Origin: an uncultured Bacilli bacterium
Lineage (GTDB): Bacteria; Bacillota_I; Bacilli_A; RF39; UBA660
Length of the DNA stretch: 64,000 nt
Reading direction: 5' to 3'
Assembly: GCA_947588685.1 (NCBI GenBank)
Contig: CANPYM010000022.1
Location: forward strand, 309-64,308
In this document: positions 18,376 to 28,448 of the stretch, piece by piece
How the letters are laid out: the number at the start of each line of letters is the position of its first letter
How positions within the stretch are numbered: position 1 is the first letter of the stretch
The notes under the pieces: model-generated
Database searches by the model: none
The model's input: the letters and a program-made list of their open reading frames with translations, nothing else
What the model was told of the DNA's origin: nothing
Position numbers and translations under genes: made by a program

Positions 18376-20763
18376 ATGTTAAAAAAATATAAAGGATTGT
18401 TGCTAACATCAATCCTATCTATTTTTATAACACTAGTAATTTTTTACTTAAATGGTGTTTTTGACAACACTATTTTTATGAGCGATTTAAATGCTGAATA
18501 TGCTCCCTTACTCCAAGGTATTGGAAGAGGATATTTTAATTTATACAATTTTCAAACCGCAATGGGTGATAATTTCATCGGTACTTTCTTTTACTATATG
18601 TCTTCTCCTTTAAACATTCTATCGCTAGTTATTAAAGACTTAAACATACTTGTCATCACGCTTGTTCTAATTAAGCTTGCCTTAGCTAGTTCCTGCAGTT
18701 ACTTGTTATTCAAATACCTTTTTAAAAATGCAAAAGATAGTTATCTAATTGCTTTTAGCTTGATGTATGCTGTATCATCATTTTCCCTATCTTATTACTT
18801 GCATATTATGTGGTTAGATATATATGCTCTTTTTCCTTTAATTATTTTAGGGATTGAAAAGATTATTAACGAAAAAAAGCATCTTCTTTATATCATAAGT
18901 TTAATGCTTATCATTTTCTGCAACTACTATTTTAGTTATATGATTGTTATTTTCTCTTTTATCTACTATAATTACCGCCTATTAGTAAATAACGAAGATA
19001 GTTTAAAGAAAAATGGACAATTTATCATTTTAAATCTTTTAATCATTTTAAGTTCTAGTTTTATTCTATTACCAATTATGAGTGAGATTGGATCTTATTC
19101 TAGACAAAATGGCATTATTTTTGGTAATGAAAACATTCATTTTGCTTTCAATTTTAAAGATATCTTCAAGCATTTTATCTTAGGTGATTACCAGGATGTC
19201 GAACTGCTTAATGAGCATAACTTTTACTTACATACCAGTATTATTATGGCTCCGTTAATCTATTTATATTTCATAAGTAAAAAAATTAGCATAAGAGAAA
19301 AAGCTTTTTCTTTACTTATGCTTTTAGGTTTTATCTTATCTATTAGTTGTAATTACGTTAATTATATGTGGCATGGCTTTGTACCAACAAGTTTTTTTAA
19401 CGGGCGATATACTTTTATGTTTATCCTTTTTATGCTTATTACGGGTCTTAAAGCTGTATCCAACTTAGATACCAAACATATCCTACATTATCTCATTATA
19501 GCTTTATTATTAATTGGTGGGACAATCTTATTAGGTCAATTGACAACCTTTAATATCATCAAATTAGCTATTCTCATCCTTTTGCTTATCATGTTAAAAT
19601 ATAAAGTCTCACCAATCTTCTTCCTTAGTTTAATTATCTTAGAAATGACACTAAATGGATATTTATATCTTGACCGGTTTAGCTTTATGAGTAAAGAAAA
19701 AATTAAATATGATGAAGAGAATGCCATATCTTTTATTAAAAGCTATGATGATAGTGCCTTCTATCGCATCGAAGATAATAGTACGGATAGTTCTAACTTT
19801 CCTATGCGTTACAACTACAATGGTATTGATTACTTTATGTCGACGGTCAAAAAGCCAATTGTTAATTTCTTAATTAAAATGGATAATAACAATCACGCCT
19901 ATACTAAAAATACCATTTCATATAACGGCGCTAATGTATTATTATCATCACTATTAAATGTCAAATACTATGTTGAAACCAAAGGCTTAACCAACAATGA
20001 TTACTATAAATTAAGCCATATTAAAGATAACATCGATGTCTATCAAAATCCTTATGCCTTAAGTCTAGGCTTTATGGTAAATAGTGATATCTTAAAGACA
20101 AAACTAAATGATAATGGTCTTCAAAATCTTAATGCTATCTATCAAGACATGAGTGGAAAGACTATTTTTACGCCAATCACATTAATCAAAGAAAATTATC
20201 ACTATACATTTAGTAATCCTGATAATAAACCTTTTTATCTTCTCGTTAATTTTAATAATTGGCCATATTATAGAGACTTTAAAGTGTATGTTAATAATAA
20301 AGGAATAAGTGATGTTAATAACACTTACCTTTATAATGTCTCTAATAGTCCTAGTGACGTTACCATTAGTTTTTCTAGTAATCTTGAAGATATGGAGCAT
20401 TTTAGTGGTATCTACGCCTATTACTATGATATGGAAATTTTTGAAGAAACTATCAATAAGTTAAAGCAAAATAGTTTAGAGATAAGTGATGTCAAAGCTA
20501 ATTATCTTAAAGGAAAAATTGATGTTACAGAGAATCAAATTCTTTTTACAAGTATTCCTTATCACAAAGATTTAAATATCTATGTTGACGGTAAAAAAGT
20601 TTCTAAAATTAAACTATTAGATACTTTCTTAGGAGCTAAACTTGATAAAGGTCATCATACTATTACTATTAAGTATCAGCCTAAAATACTATATTATTCT
20701 TATATTCCTAGTTTAATAGGTATTGTATTACTTATATTATTTACCAAAAAAAGATGTCATTGA
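18376..20763 (+). CDS. YfhO-family polytopic membrane protein (GT-C type cell-wall polymer glycosyltransferase)
   Basis: SDLNAEY, YYMSSPLN, ALFPLIILGIEK, NYYFSYM, WHGF, LFTSIPY and G-x-H-x-I-x-I-x-Y-x-P motifs of YfhO. Confidence 0.9.
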   Translation: MLKKYKGLLLTSILSIFITLVIFYLNGVFDNTIFMSDLNAEYAPLLQGIGRGYFNLYNFQTAMGDNFIGTFFYYMSSPLNILSLVIKDLNILVITLVLIKLALASSCSYLLFKYLFKNAKDSYLIAFSLMYAVSSFSLSYYLHIMWLDIYALFPLIILGIEKIINEKKHLLYIISLMLIIFCNYYFSYMIVIFSFIYYNYRLLVNNEDSLKKNGQFIILNLLIILSSSFILLPIMSEIGSYSRQNGIIFGNENIHFAFNFKDIFKHFILGDYQDVELLNEHNFYLHTSIIMAPLIYLYFISKKISIREKAFSLLMLLGFILSISCNYVNYMWHGFVPTSFFNGRYTFMFILFMLITGLKAVSNLDTKHILHYLIIALLLIGGTILLGQLTTFNIIKLAILILLLIMLKYKVSPIFFLSLIILEMTLNGYLYLDRFSFMSKEKIKYDEENAISFIKSYDDSAFYRIEDNSTDSSNFPMRYNYNGIDYFMSTVKKPIVNFLIKMDNNNHAYTKNTISYNGANVLLSSLLNVKYYVETKGLTNNDYYKLSHIKDNIDVYQNPYALSLGFMVNSDILKTKLNDNGLQNLNAIYQDMSGKTIFTPITLIKENYHYTFSNPDNKPFYLLVNFNNWPYYRDFKVYVNNKGISDVNNTYLYNVSNSPSDVTISFSSNLEDMEHFSGIYAYYYDMEIFEETINKLKQNSLEISDVKANYLKGKIDVTENQILFTSIPYHKDLNIYVDGKKVSKIKLLDTFLGAKLDKGHHTITIKYQPKILYYSYIPSLIGIVLLILFTKKRCH

Positions 20764-20774
20764 CATCTTTTTTT
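20746..20774. terminator. Bidirectional terminator overlapping the yfhO and polC stops
   Basis: AAAAAAAGATGTCA-t-TGACATCTTTTTTT perfect inverted repeat. Confidence 0.85.
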
Positions 20775-23700
20775 AAAATAGACTTAATTGATTTGATTCT
20801 TCCATACCATCAAAAATATGCATTACTTTCATTTTATCAATTAACGTGCCAGATATTTTAGCTCGACTTTGACAATCTTCAATACTTAGGAAAGGTGATT
20901 TGTCACGTTCTTGGGCAATGTTATTCGCAACGGTATCCCCTAACCCATCAATAGCTGAGAAAGGCGGATATATTGATGTATCATCTTTAACTCCCCAAGA
21001 AGTTGCCAAAGAATGGTCTAAACTAACTTGTAAGAACTTAATGCCGCGGGCCGCAGCCTCTAGACATACCTTTAAACTTTCTAATTGACCCATCTCTTTA
21101 TTAGATGCTTCATAGCCTTTATCTTGAATTTCAATTATCTTAGCTTTGATAGCGTCATAGCCACCAATCATAGCTTCGACATCGACATCTGTCGCCTTAC
21201 AAGTTAACCAAGAAGCATAGAAATAAACAGGCATATGAACTTTATACCAAGCAATTCTAAAGGCGCTCATAACATAAGCTGCAGCGTGGGCTTTCGGGAA
21301 CATGTACTTAATCTTGCCACAAGAATCAATAAACCACTTTTCAATTCCCGCTTGTTCCATCGTTTCTTTATGCTTAGCCCAAGTTTCAGGATCTTTACTA
21401 GCTTTACCTTTTCTTACAAACTCCATTATTTTAAAGGCTTTAATTGGTTCTACACCATGATACATAAGGTAAACCATAATATCATCACGACAACCAATAA
21501 CCTCTTTAAAAGGAACAACTTTGTTTTTAATCAGTTCTTGAGCATTACCAAGCCATACATCAGTTCCGTGGGATAAACCAGATATTTTAACTAATTCCGC
21601 AAAAGTCGTCGGTTTTGTCTCAGCAACCATGCCAACCGTGAATGGGGTTCCAAACTCAGGAATGCCAAGGGTACCTGTATCATTCATAATTTGCTCCGTT
21701 GTGACTCCTAAAGCCTTAGTAGAAGTAAAGATACTCATCGTTTCTTTATCATCCATTGGTACTTTCAAAATATCGGTACCGGTCAAATCTTGAATCATCC
21801 GAAGCTGGGTTGGATCAGAGTGACCTAATATATCTAGTTTTAATAAATCTTGATCGATAGCATGGTAATCAAAGTGGGTCGTTCGCCAAGCACTTGTTAC
21901 ATCATCAGCGGGATATTGGAAAGGCGTAAAATCAGAAACATCCATATAATCTGGAACAACAACGATACCACCTGGATGTTGCCCGGTCGTTCTTTTAACA
22001 CCCGTACAGCCGATAGCTAAACGTTCAACTTCAGCGGTTCGCATAACTTTATTATGATCTTCACAATACCCTTTAACAAAACCAAAAGCGGTTTTATCAG
22101 CAACGGTACCAATTGTTCCAGCGCGGTAAACATTATCAACACCAAATAATACCTTAGTATATTCGTGAGCTGAAGCTTGGTTTAAATCAGAGAAGTTAAG
22201 ATCAATATCCGGTACTTTATCAGCATTAAAACCTAAGAAAGTAGCAAATGGCATATCTTGGCCATCTTTATACATCTTTTTACCACATTTAGGACAATTC
22301 TTATCTGGTAAATCAAAGCCACTTGAATAAGTCGCACCTAGTTCATTACCATCTTCATCTTGAAAGAAACTAAGTTTACAATCAAGGCAACGATAATGCG
22401 CTGATAAAGGGTTAACTTCCGTAATACCCATCATTGTTGCGACAAAGCTAGATCCAACGGAACCTCTTGAACCAACTAAATAGCCATCATCATTAGAGTG
22501 TTTTACTAGTCGTTGAGCGATTAAGTAGATTGGATCAAAGCCACCACCGATAATACCACCTAATTCTTTCTTTATTTTCTTATTAAGGGCATCATCGATA
22601 GCTTCACCATCTTCGCTTGACCAATTATCTTTAAAATAATTGCGTAGTAAGTCCTTAACAGCATCAAAGCCTTTAACGATAACATCGTGAAGCATAGCAA
22701 ACGTTTCACTTTCGAGTTTCTCATCACTAGCTTTTGGGTTTTTAGCTTTGATAATATCATAACAAACCTTATAGACAATATCACCATATAACTCTTTGGC
22801 AATCCGCTCCTCAATATTATGTGGTAGTGGATCACCATACCAAGAGGCAGCCTTTTCATAGACAAGGTCAGTAACGACCCGTGGGCAATCTAGATAAGAC
22901 TCTCCATCATCACTTTTAACACGTGGTGAGAAAGGAATACCGCCGGTATCGATAATAACTTCAATTTCATCAACCATATCTAGAACTTTATTAGTATTAG
23001 TAACGACAATTTCATAGGCTAACTCATCACCTAGAAAAGCGAAATCATCAAGCATTTCTCGTGTCGTCCGATAGTGTTGCGAAGGAATTTCTTTAATTGA
23101 ACTTTTAGCTAGAGGATGCCTTCCTCCGCCAGGTACTTTTTGATTGACAATAATTTCCCGGTAAATCCGGTCACTACGTTCAAAGTGGTGAACATCACCA
23201 GTAGCGACAATAATCTTACCTGCTTCTTTTGTCGCATCAATAATCTTTTTGATATGATTTTCTAATTCTTGTTCATCAGCAAAATCACCTGTCTGAATTA
23301 AATGGTTATAAACTTCCGGTGGTTGAACTTCAACATAATCATAGAAATTGATAATATTGGTTAACTCTTCCCCTTCTTTACTTCTGGCTTGAATAAAGAC
23401 CTCGGATTCATAACAACCACTACCGATAATTAAACCTTCCCTTAATTCATTTAATTTACTCCGTAAAATACGAGGCGTCTTAAATAGATAAACCGTGTTA
23501 GCTAAAGATATAATCTTAAACAAGTTTTTTAAGCCTGTTTTATTTAAAGCTATCGCATTAAAATGATATGTCCGACCAAATTTATGGATTTCATCTTTAG
23601 CAATCAAGCGATTTAAATCATCAATGGTTTTAAAGTTTTGCGATAACAATTTCTGTAACATTTTATGGAAAACATAAGCGGTACCTTCGGCATCATAATC

Positions 23701-25533
23701 AGCTCGGTGATGAGCATCCTCATCCCAAGGTACATTATATCTTTTGACTAAAGCTGATAAACTATGACGGGCAAAGCCTTGATCTAAAGTACGTGATAAT
23801 TCCAAAGTATCAATAACTGTATTTTTAAACTCACCCAAATTATATTTATGCATAGCCATTTCGATAAAAGAAATATCAAACTTAGCATTGTGAGCAACCA
23901 TTGGATTATCGCCAGCCCACGCTAAAAAGCGTTTCGTAACTTCTTCTTCACTATCTTTACCCTTAACCATATCGTCAGTAATACAAGTTAACTCAACAAT
24001 TTTTTGAGGTAAAGGGCGATGTGGATCAATTAACTCATCAAAGCGATCAATGATTTCGCCATTGCAAATTTTAACAGCACCAATTTCAATCATCTGATCG
24101 TCGCCACCAGCATTAAAGCCCGTTGTCTCGGTATCAAAAACGACATAAGTAGCATCTTTTAAAACAACATCGCTAGGTCTAACGACGATATTAACTGTAT
24201 CATCAACAAGAGTTAATTCAGTTCCGTACAATCCTTTAAAGATTGGTGGATTATCAATATCCTTTAAGACTTGGTCTAACTCTTTTTTAAGAGTTTTAAC
24301 ATCATCTTCCTCACTAGGATTTGCAATCTTATCTTCTAACTCTTCTTTTTTAACTTTTAATTTCTTACGAAGGCCTTTATTATATGAATCAATTATGCCA
24401 AAAGCAATAGGAAAAGCCTGACAACCATTATGATCAGTTATTGCAACACCCCTATAGCCCATATCCATTGTTCTAGATACTAGTTCACAAGTATGTTTAC
24501 CTAGATCAACTTTTGTAAGGCCATCCATCTGACTCATCATCGTATGAGCGTGAAGTTCAACTCTTTTAACGGGAGCATCATCATAGATAGCTTTCTTTTC
24601 ATGTTCAACTTTATTGATATCATAAAGTGATAAAACATCTTCATTGGAATATTTATCATCTTTAACATTACCACGGAACTTATACCAATTACCTTTCTTT
24701 AGTAATTTAGATATCCGTTTATTTTCGTCAGCATCATTGATAAAAATCTTACCATAAATACTATCGGTATAATCGGTAATCTTTAAAGTATAAATAACCA
24801 AGTCTGTTCTTGTTTCTCTAACATCTAAATCAAATAGTTCGCCTTCAATAGTAACGCCATTTTCAGGACCAGTAATACTATCAATTCTAACAGCTGAAGT
24901 ATCAATAATCCGACCTAAAACAGCATCAGGATGATCTTCTGTCTCAATTTTTTTTCTTGTAAATTGTCTTTTAAATGGTTGAGATGGTTCCTCTTCCATA
25001 GCTTTTTTAAGGCGCGCTTCTGATACCACGACTGGTTCCATATCTTCTAAGACTGTCTCTTTTTCTACAAGAAGAACTTGAACATCGCTTATTTTAAAAC
25101 CGGCTCTTTTATAATCTAAAACAATATTTTTAGCAATGCTTTCAAGTTTTTTCTTTTCAGCTACATTATTAGCTTCAATGACTAATTTATCGTCTTCCTC
25201 ATAAGCTTTATTATCGCCAAAAGAAGATAAAATAGGACATTTAGCGCTATAACGATGCATTAGATATTTATAATAGTCACTAATAAGCTCTAAATTAGGA
25301 TTTAAAACATCTAAAGCAATAATTGTCTTATCATTATCATAAGCACCTTTTAATTTATCAATAAGGTGTTGATAAACATCCGGTGGGAGTGTTTCATTTA
25401 TTTGCACGATAAAAGTAAAAGTATCTTTTTCTTTTGATGCCACAACCTTTTTTAAAATTGCTCCATCAAAATAGTGATAATATTCTTCTTCTAATGCCAT
25501 TTTAGTTAATAATTTTTGTAAGTTCTCATTCAT
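20773..25533 (-). CDS. polC: DNA polymerase III PolC-type alpha subunit with two large insertions
   Basis: OB fold; PHP (VELHAHT, AITDH); DEDD exonuclease (VVFDTETTG, VAHNAKFD, HRADYDA); GSRGSVGSS; CxxC zinc finger; KVPDIDLNF; LKLDILGH; YMFPKAHAAAY. Confidence 0.98.
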   Translation of the reverse strand: MNENLQKLLTKMALEEEYYHYFDGAILKKVVASKEKDTFTFIVQINETLPPDVYQHLIDKLKGAYDNDKTIIALDVLNPNLELISDYYKYLMHRYSAKCPILSSFGDNKAYEEDDKLVIEANNVAEKKKLESIAKNIVLDYKRAGFKISDVQVLLVEKETVLEDMEPVVVSEARLKKAMEEEPSQPFKRQFTRKKIETEDHPDAVLGRIIDTSAVRIDSITGPENGVTIEGELFDLDVRETRTDLVIYTLKITDYTDSIYGKIFINDADENKRISKLLKKGNWYKFRGNVKDDKYSNEDVLSLYDINKVEHEKKAIYDDAPVKRVELHAHTMMSQMDGLTKVDLGKHTCELVSRTMDMGYRGVAITDHNGCQAFPIAFGIIDSYNKGLRKKLKVKKEELEDKIANPSEEDDVKTLKKELDQVLKDIDNPPIFKGLYGTELTLVDDTVNIVVRPSDVVLKDATYVVFDTETTGFNAGGDDQMIEIGAVKICNGEIIDRFDELIDPHRPLPQKIVELTCITDDMVKGKDSEEEVTKRFLAWAGDNPMVAHNAKFDISFIEMAMHKYNLGEFKNTVIDTLELSRTLDQGFARHSLSALVKRYNVPWDEDAHHRADYDAEGTAYVFHKMLQKLLSQNFKTIDDLNRLIAKDEIHKFGRTYHFNAIALNKTGLKNLFKIISLANTVYLFKTPRILRSKLNELREGLIIGSGCYESEVFIQARSKEGEELTNIINFYDYVEVQPPEVYNHLIQTGDFADEQELENHIKKIIDATKEAGKIIVATGDVHHFERSDRIYREIIVNQKVPGGGRHPLAKSSIKEIPSQHYRTTREMLDDFAFLGDELAYEIVVTNTNKVLDMVDEIEVIIDTGGIPFSPRVKSDDGESYLDCPRVVTDLVYEKAASWYGDPLPHNIEERIAKELYGDIVYKVCYDIIKAKNPKASDEKLESETFAMLHDVIVKGFDAVKDLLRNYFKDNWSSEDGEAIDDALNKKIKKELGGIIGGGFDPIYLIAQRLVKHSNDDGYLVGSRGSVGSSFVATMMGITEVNPLSAHYRCLDCKLSFFQDEDGNELGATYSSGFDLPDKNCPKCGKKMYKDGQDMPFATFLGFNADKVPDIDLNFSDLNQASAHEYTKVLFGVDNVYRAGTIGTVADKTAFGFVKGYCEDHNKVMRTAEVERLAIGCTGVKRTTGQHPGGIVVVPDYMDVSDFTPFQYPADDVTSAWRTTHFDYHAIDQDLLKLDILGHSDPTQLRMIQDLTGTDILKVPMDDKETMSIFTSTKALGVTTEQIMNDTGTLGIPEFGTPFTVGMVAETKPTTFAELVKISGLSHGTDVWLGNAQELIKNKVVPFKEVIGCRDDIMVYLMYHGVEPIKAFKIMEFVRKGKASKDPETWAKHKETMEQAGIEKWFIDSCGKIKYMFPKAHAAAYVMSAFRIAWYKVHMPVYFYASWLTCKATDVDVEAMIGGYDAIKAKIIEIQDKGYEASNKEMGQLESLKVCLEAAARGIKFLQVSLDHSLATSWGVKDDTSIYPPFSAIDGLGDTVANNIAQERDKSPFLSIEDCQSRAKISGTLIDKMKVMHIFDGMEESNQLSLF

Positions 25534-25604
25534 ATTATCACCCTCTTATTTATTTTATCAAATTTAAAATCTTTTTTAAACGAATTTCTAAAAATTAAAA
25601 CAAC

Positions 25605-26522
25605 TTAATCAAGTTGTTTTAAAAAGGTCATTAAATTACTAGTTAAAAAGGCGATATTATCCTTATCAAAAATAATATCTCTTTTGGTATGAATCCGGTT
25701 CATATATAATCCTAAGGCGTTTTTATGCATAGCTGAGCAAGCAATATAAACTGGAAAGTTTATCTGATCAGATGGATAATATGTTGTACTAGATTTCTCG
25801 ATATGAATAACTTTATTATCCGTATTTTTAAATACATTCATAATTTTATCATGATACTTGTTTCGGGCTTTTTTATTTTCAATAATAAGGAAATGATTCC
25901 CATCAGATACACAATCAATATTAATAACTAATTTATCTTTAATAGCACTCTTATGTTCCTTGGCAAAGAACATTGAACCAAATAGGCCATTTTCTTCATT
26001 ATCAAAGAAAACAAAGGCGACTCTTCCTTGTAATTCACTAGGCATTTGCATAATCATTTCACATAAAGATATAACACCAGACGTATTATCATTGGCTGTA
26101 TGCTTATTAGGAACACCAATAAGTAAAAATAGAACAATATATAAGCAGTATAAAAGAGAACAAATATTAGTAAAAAGATATATATCTATTTTAAAGGCTA
26201 AATAGGCAAGAGTTGCTAGAATGGCAAAAGGTATTGATAGTACAATAATTAAAAGGAAACTATATAAAATACTAATAATAATATTTTTAGGCATAACGAA
26301 ATTAGGCATTGGTAAGATAGCACAAGTATCATAATGCGCAGTTATGATGACATCTGCCTTATCAACATCGCCAACAATAATATTATGGTTGTGTAAAAAG
26401 CCTCCTTCTTCAACCTTTAAATCAGGGATATATTCCTTTAAGAAGTTAATAAAACTAATCTTTTGCTTCTTTGTTCTTCTTACTTGATAATCTTTTAAAA
26501 TCTTTTCTGATAAATCAGTCAT
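25605..26522 (-). CDS. M28-family metallopeptidase with two TM helices
   Basis: AHYDT, ANDNTSGV and FFDNEENGLFGS motifs. Confidence 0.88.
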   Translation of the reverse strand: MTDLSEKILKDYQVRRTKKQKISFINFLKEYIPDLKVEEGGFLHNHNIIVGDVDKADVIITAHYDTCAILPMPNFVMPKNIIISILYSFLLIIVLSIPFAILATLAYLAFKIDIYLFTNICSLLYCLYIVLFLLIGVPNKHTANDNTSGVISLCEMIMQMPSELQGRVAFVFFDNEENGLFGSMFFAKEHKSAIKDKLVINIDCVSDGNHFLIIENKKARNKYHDKIMNVFKNTDNKVIHIEKSSTTYYPSDQINFPVYIACSAMHKNALGLYMNRIHTKRDIIFDKDNIAFLTSNLMTFLKQLD

Positions 26523-26554
26523 ATCATCACCACATTCATTATAACATAAAAGAG

Positions 26555-27517
26555 CTACTTATCTAGCTCTTCTTTATACTTTTGACATTGCTTATCTAAA
26601 GTAGCAATAATTTCATCAACAACTTCAAAATTAGGTGCTTTAACACCGGAAGCAAGGGCATGTCCACCGCCACCAAAGGGCGCTAAAACATCATTGACTG
26701 CTGGGCCTCTTGATCTGATATTACCCCGAATATTATTATTGGTGTTATCCTCTGAGAAAAAGCCCCAAGCTAACATTTCATCAATATAATTAAAATTATT
26801 AATAAAGTTACCGGCTGTTGCAGCATCAACACCATATTGAGTTAGAATATCGTTCGTAAGTTTGATATAACCAAATCCATTTGGTGTAACAGTAATATTA
26901 GACATAATATAGCCTTGAAAACGCATATCTTTTAAAGGTCGCATATATAATGGTTCATATAAAGACGTAAAATTAAGATCCGTCTTTTTAATCATATCAA
27001 CAACTAATTCAAAAGTTTCAGCTGTTGTATAGTCATATAAAAAGCGTTCAGTATCCGCAATTAGACCTGAAAATAAGCACATAGCTGCAATCTTAGTCAT
27101 TTTAAGTCTTGTTTTAGATATCAATTTAATAATCATCTGTGAGACACTAGAACATCCATCATCAATCCATTCAATTTGACCAAACTTCTCAATAAATGGG
27201 TGATGATCAATTTTGATGCACATTTTAAAGTCTTTCGGTGTAACACCATCAATGCGCTTTAAATCAGGAGTATCAACAACAATAAGTAGTGATTTACTGA
27301 TAATATCATCATTAATTTTATCCGGAATGCCAAGATAGCGAAACTTACTAGCTGTTGATCCTGTGACATAAACTTTCTTTTGTGGGAAAGTTTTTTTAAT
27401 GACATCCTTTAAGCCAAAAGAACTACCTAAGGCATCAGGATCAGGCCCAATATGATGGGCAATAACAATTGAATCATACTTTTTAATTTGTTTATATATT
27501 TGGCGATACAAAGTCAT
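26555..27517 (-). CDS. nrnA: DHH/DHHA1 phosphoesterase (NrnA-like nanoRNase/pAp phosphatase)
   Basis: HIGPDPDALGS, IKIDHHP, GLIADTERF and GGGHALASG. Confidence 0.9.
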   Translation of the reverse strand: MTLYRQIYKQIKKYDSIVIAHHIGPDPDALGSSFGLKDVIKKTFPQKKVYVTGSTASKFRYLGIPDKINDDIISKSLLIVVDTPDLKRIDGVTPKDFKMCIKIDHHPFIEKFGQIEWIDDGCSSVSQMIIKLISKTRLKMTKIAAMCLFSGLIADTERFLYDYTTAETFELVVDMIKKTDLNFTSLYEPLYMRPLKDMRFQGYIMSNITVTPNGFGYIKLTNDILTQYGVDAATAGNFINNFNYIDEMLAWGFFSEDNTNNNIRGNIRSRGPAVNDVLAPFGGGGHALASGVKAPNFEVVDEIIATLDKQCQKYKEELDK

Positions 27518-27565
27518 TATATCACCCTTTCTATTCTCTATTTTAACATATATTATGTTTTTATT

Positions 27566-28357
27566 CTACTTCTTAAACGTAACATAAATGGCTTTATGAT
27601 CGGTTATTTCTGATATGTTTGTATCTTCGACAATGCCATAACTTACTAGCTGATATTCTTTAGAAATAAAGATATGATCGATGGCACTTTTATTACGATA
27701 CTTTGAGGCATTAGTTTTATCAAAAATAGGTACGTGAATAATATTTATCTTTTCTAGTTTTTTAATAAAATTATCAAAGATTTCATCACCAACTTCAAGA
27801 TTAAAGTCACCTGTTAAAATAATGGGGTATGATAACCTTTTGATGTAGATATGGTTATAAAGTTTATGAAGCTGTCTTTTTTGAACATTCTTAATCGCAT
27901 AATCAAGATGGGTATTGATAATATAGACTTTACCTAGTTCTTTAGTTTCAACTAAAGCACCACTAGCAATCCGTCGCATTAACGAACGTCTTTTAATAGC
28001 ATGATATAATTCCTTAGGATTTGTTGGTATAAATGGTAAGCGGATGGTTTTTTCGGATATTATTTTATCCTTAATAATAATTTTATTATTCTCACGATAT
28101 GTTCCTAATTTAGGAATTAAATGTCTTAGAATTTTAAAGTCACTCCGATATTGACCAGAAAACTTATAATCTGTTAAAAGTTGTTGCAAGCGTTCCGTGA
28201 AGTTAATGGACATTTCCTGGGTTCCTACAAAATCATAATCGTTATCCAAGATGTGATTAGCAAGCATCATACTATAGTCATAACCTGATAAAGCTCGTCC
28301 CCCACGTCTATTTGTTTCATTATTTTGACAATTGATACTCATAACTTTCATATGCAT
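27566..28357 (-). CDS. Endonuclease/exonuclease/phosphatase (EEP) family protein
   Basis: MSIN, GTQE, INTHLD, ILTGDFN, IDHIF and TDHKAI. Confidence 0.9.
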   Translation of the reverse strand: MHMKVMSINCQNNETNRRGGRALSGYDYSMMLANHILDNDYDFVGTQEMSINFTERLQQLLTDYKFSGQYRSDFKILRHLIPKLGTYRENNKIIIKDKIISEKTIRLPFIPTNPKELYHAIKRRSLMRRIASGALVETKELGKVYIINTHLDYAIKNVQKRQLHKLYNHIYIKRLSYPIILTGDFNLEVGDEIFDNFIKKLEKINIIHVPIFDKTNASKYRNKSAIDHIFISKEYQLVSYGIVEDTNISEITDHKAIYVTFKK

Positions 28358-28448
28358 TACCTACCATCTTTATTATACTATAAAAAGTTTTGATATGGTT
28401 ATTTTCTATCAAAAAAATCTACCATTATTATGGCAGATTTTTAAGCTT

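Noticed and set aside
22561-22788. PolC insertion as an intein
   Set aside because: No N-terminal Cys/Ser, no C-terminal His-Asn, no LAGLIDADG motif, and too short
20900-22865. Short alternative-frame ORFs within polC, and similar ones inside der, lysS, prpC, recD2, sigK, PFOR and yfhO
   Set aside because: Fully overlap well-supported conserved genes, with no SD or recognisable motifs
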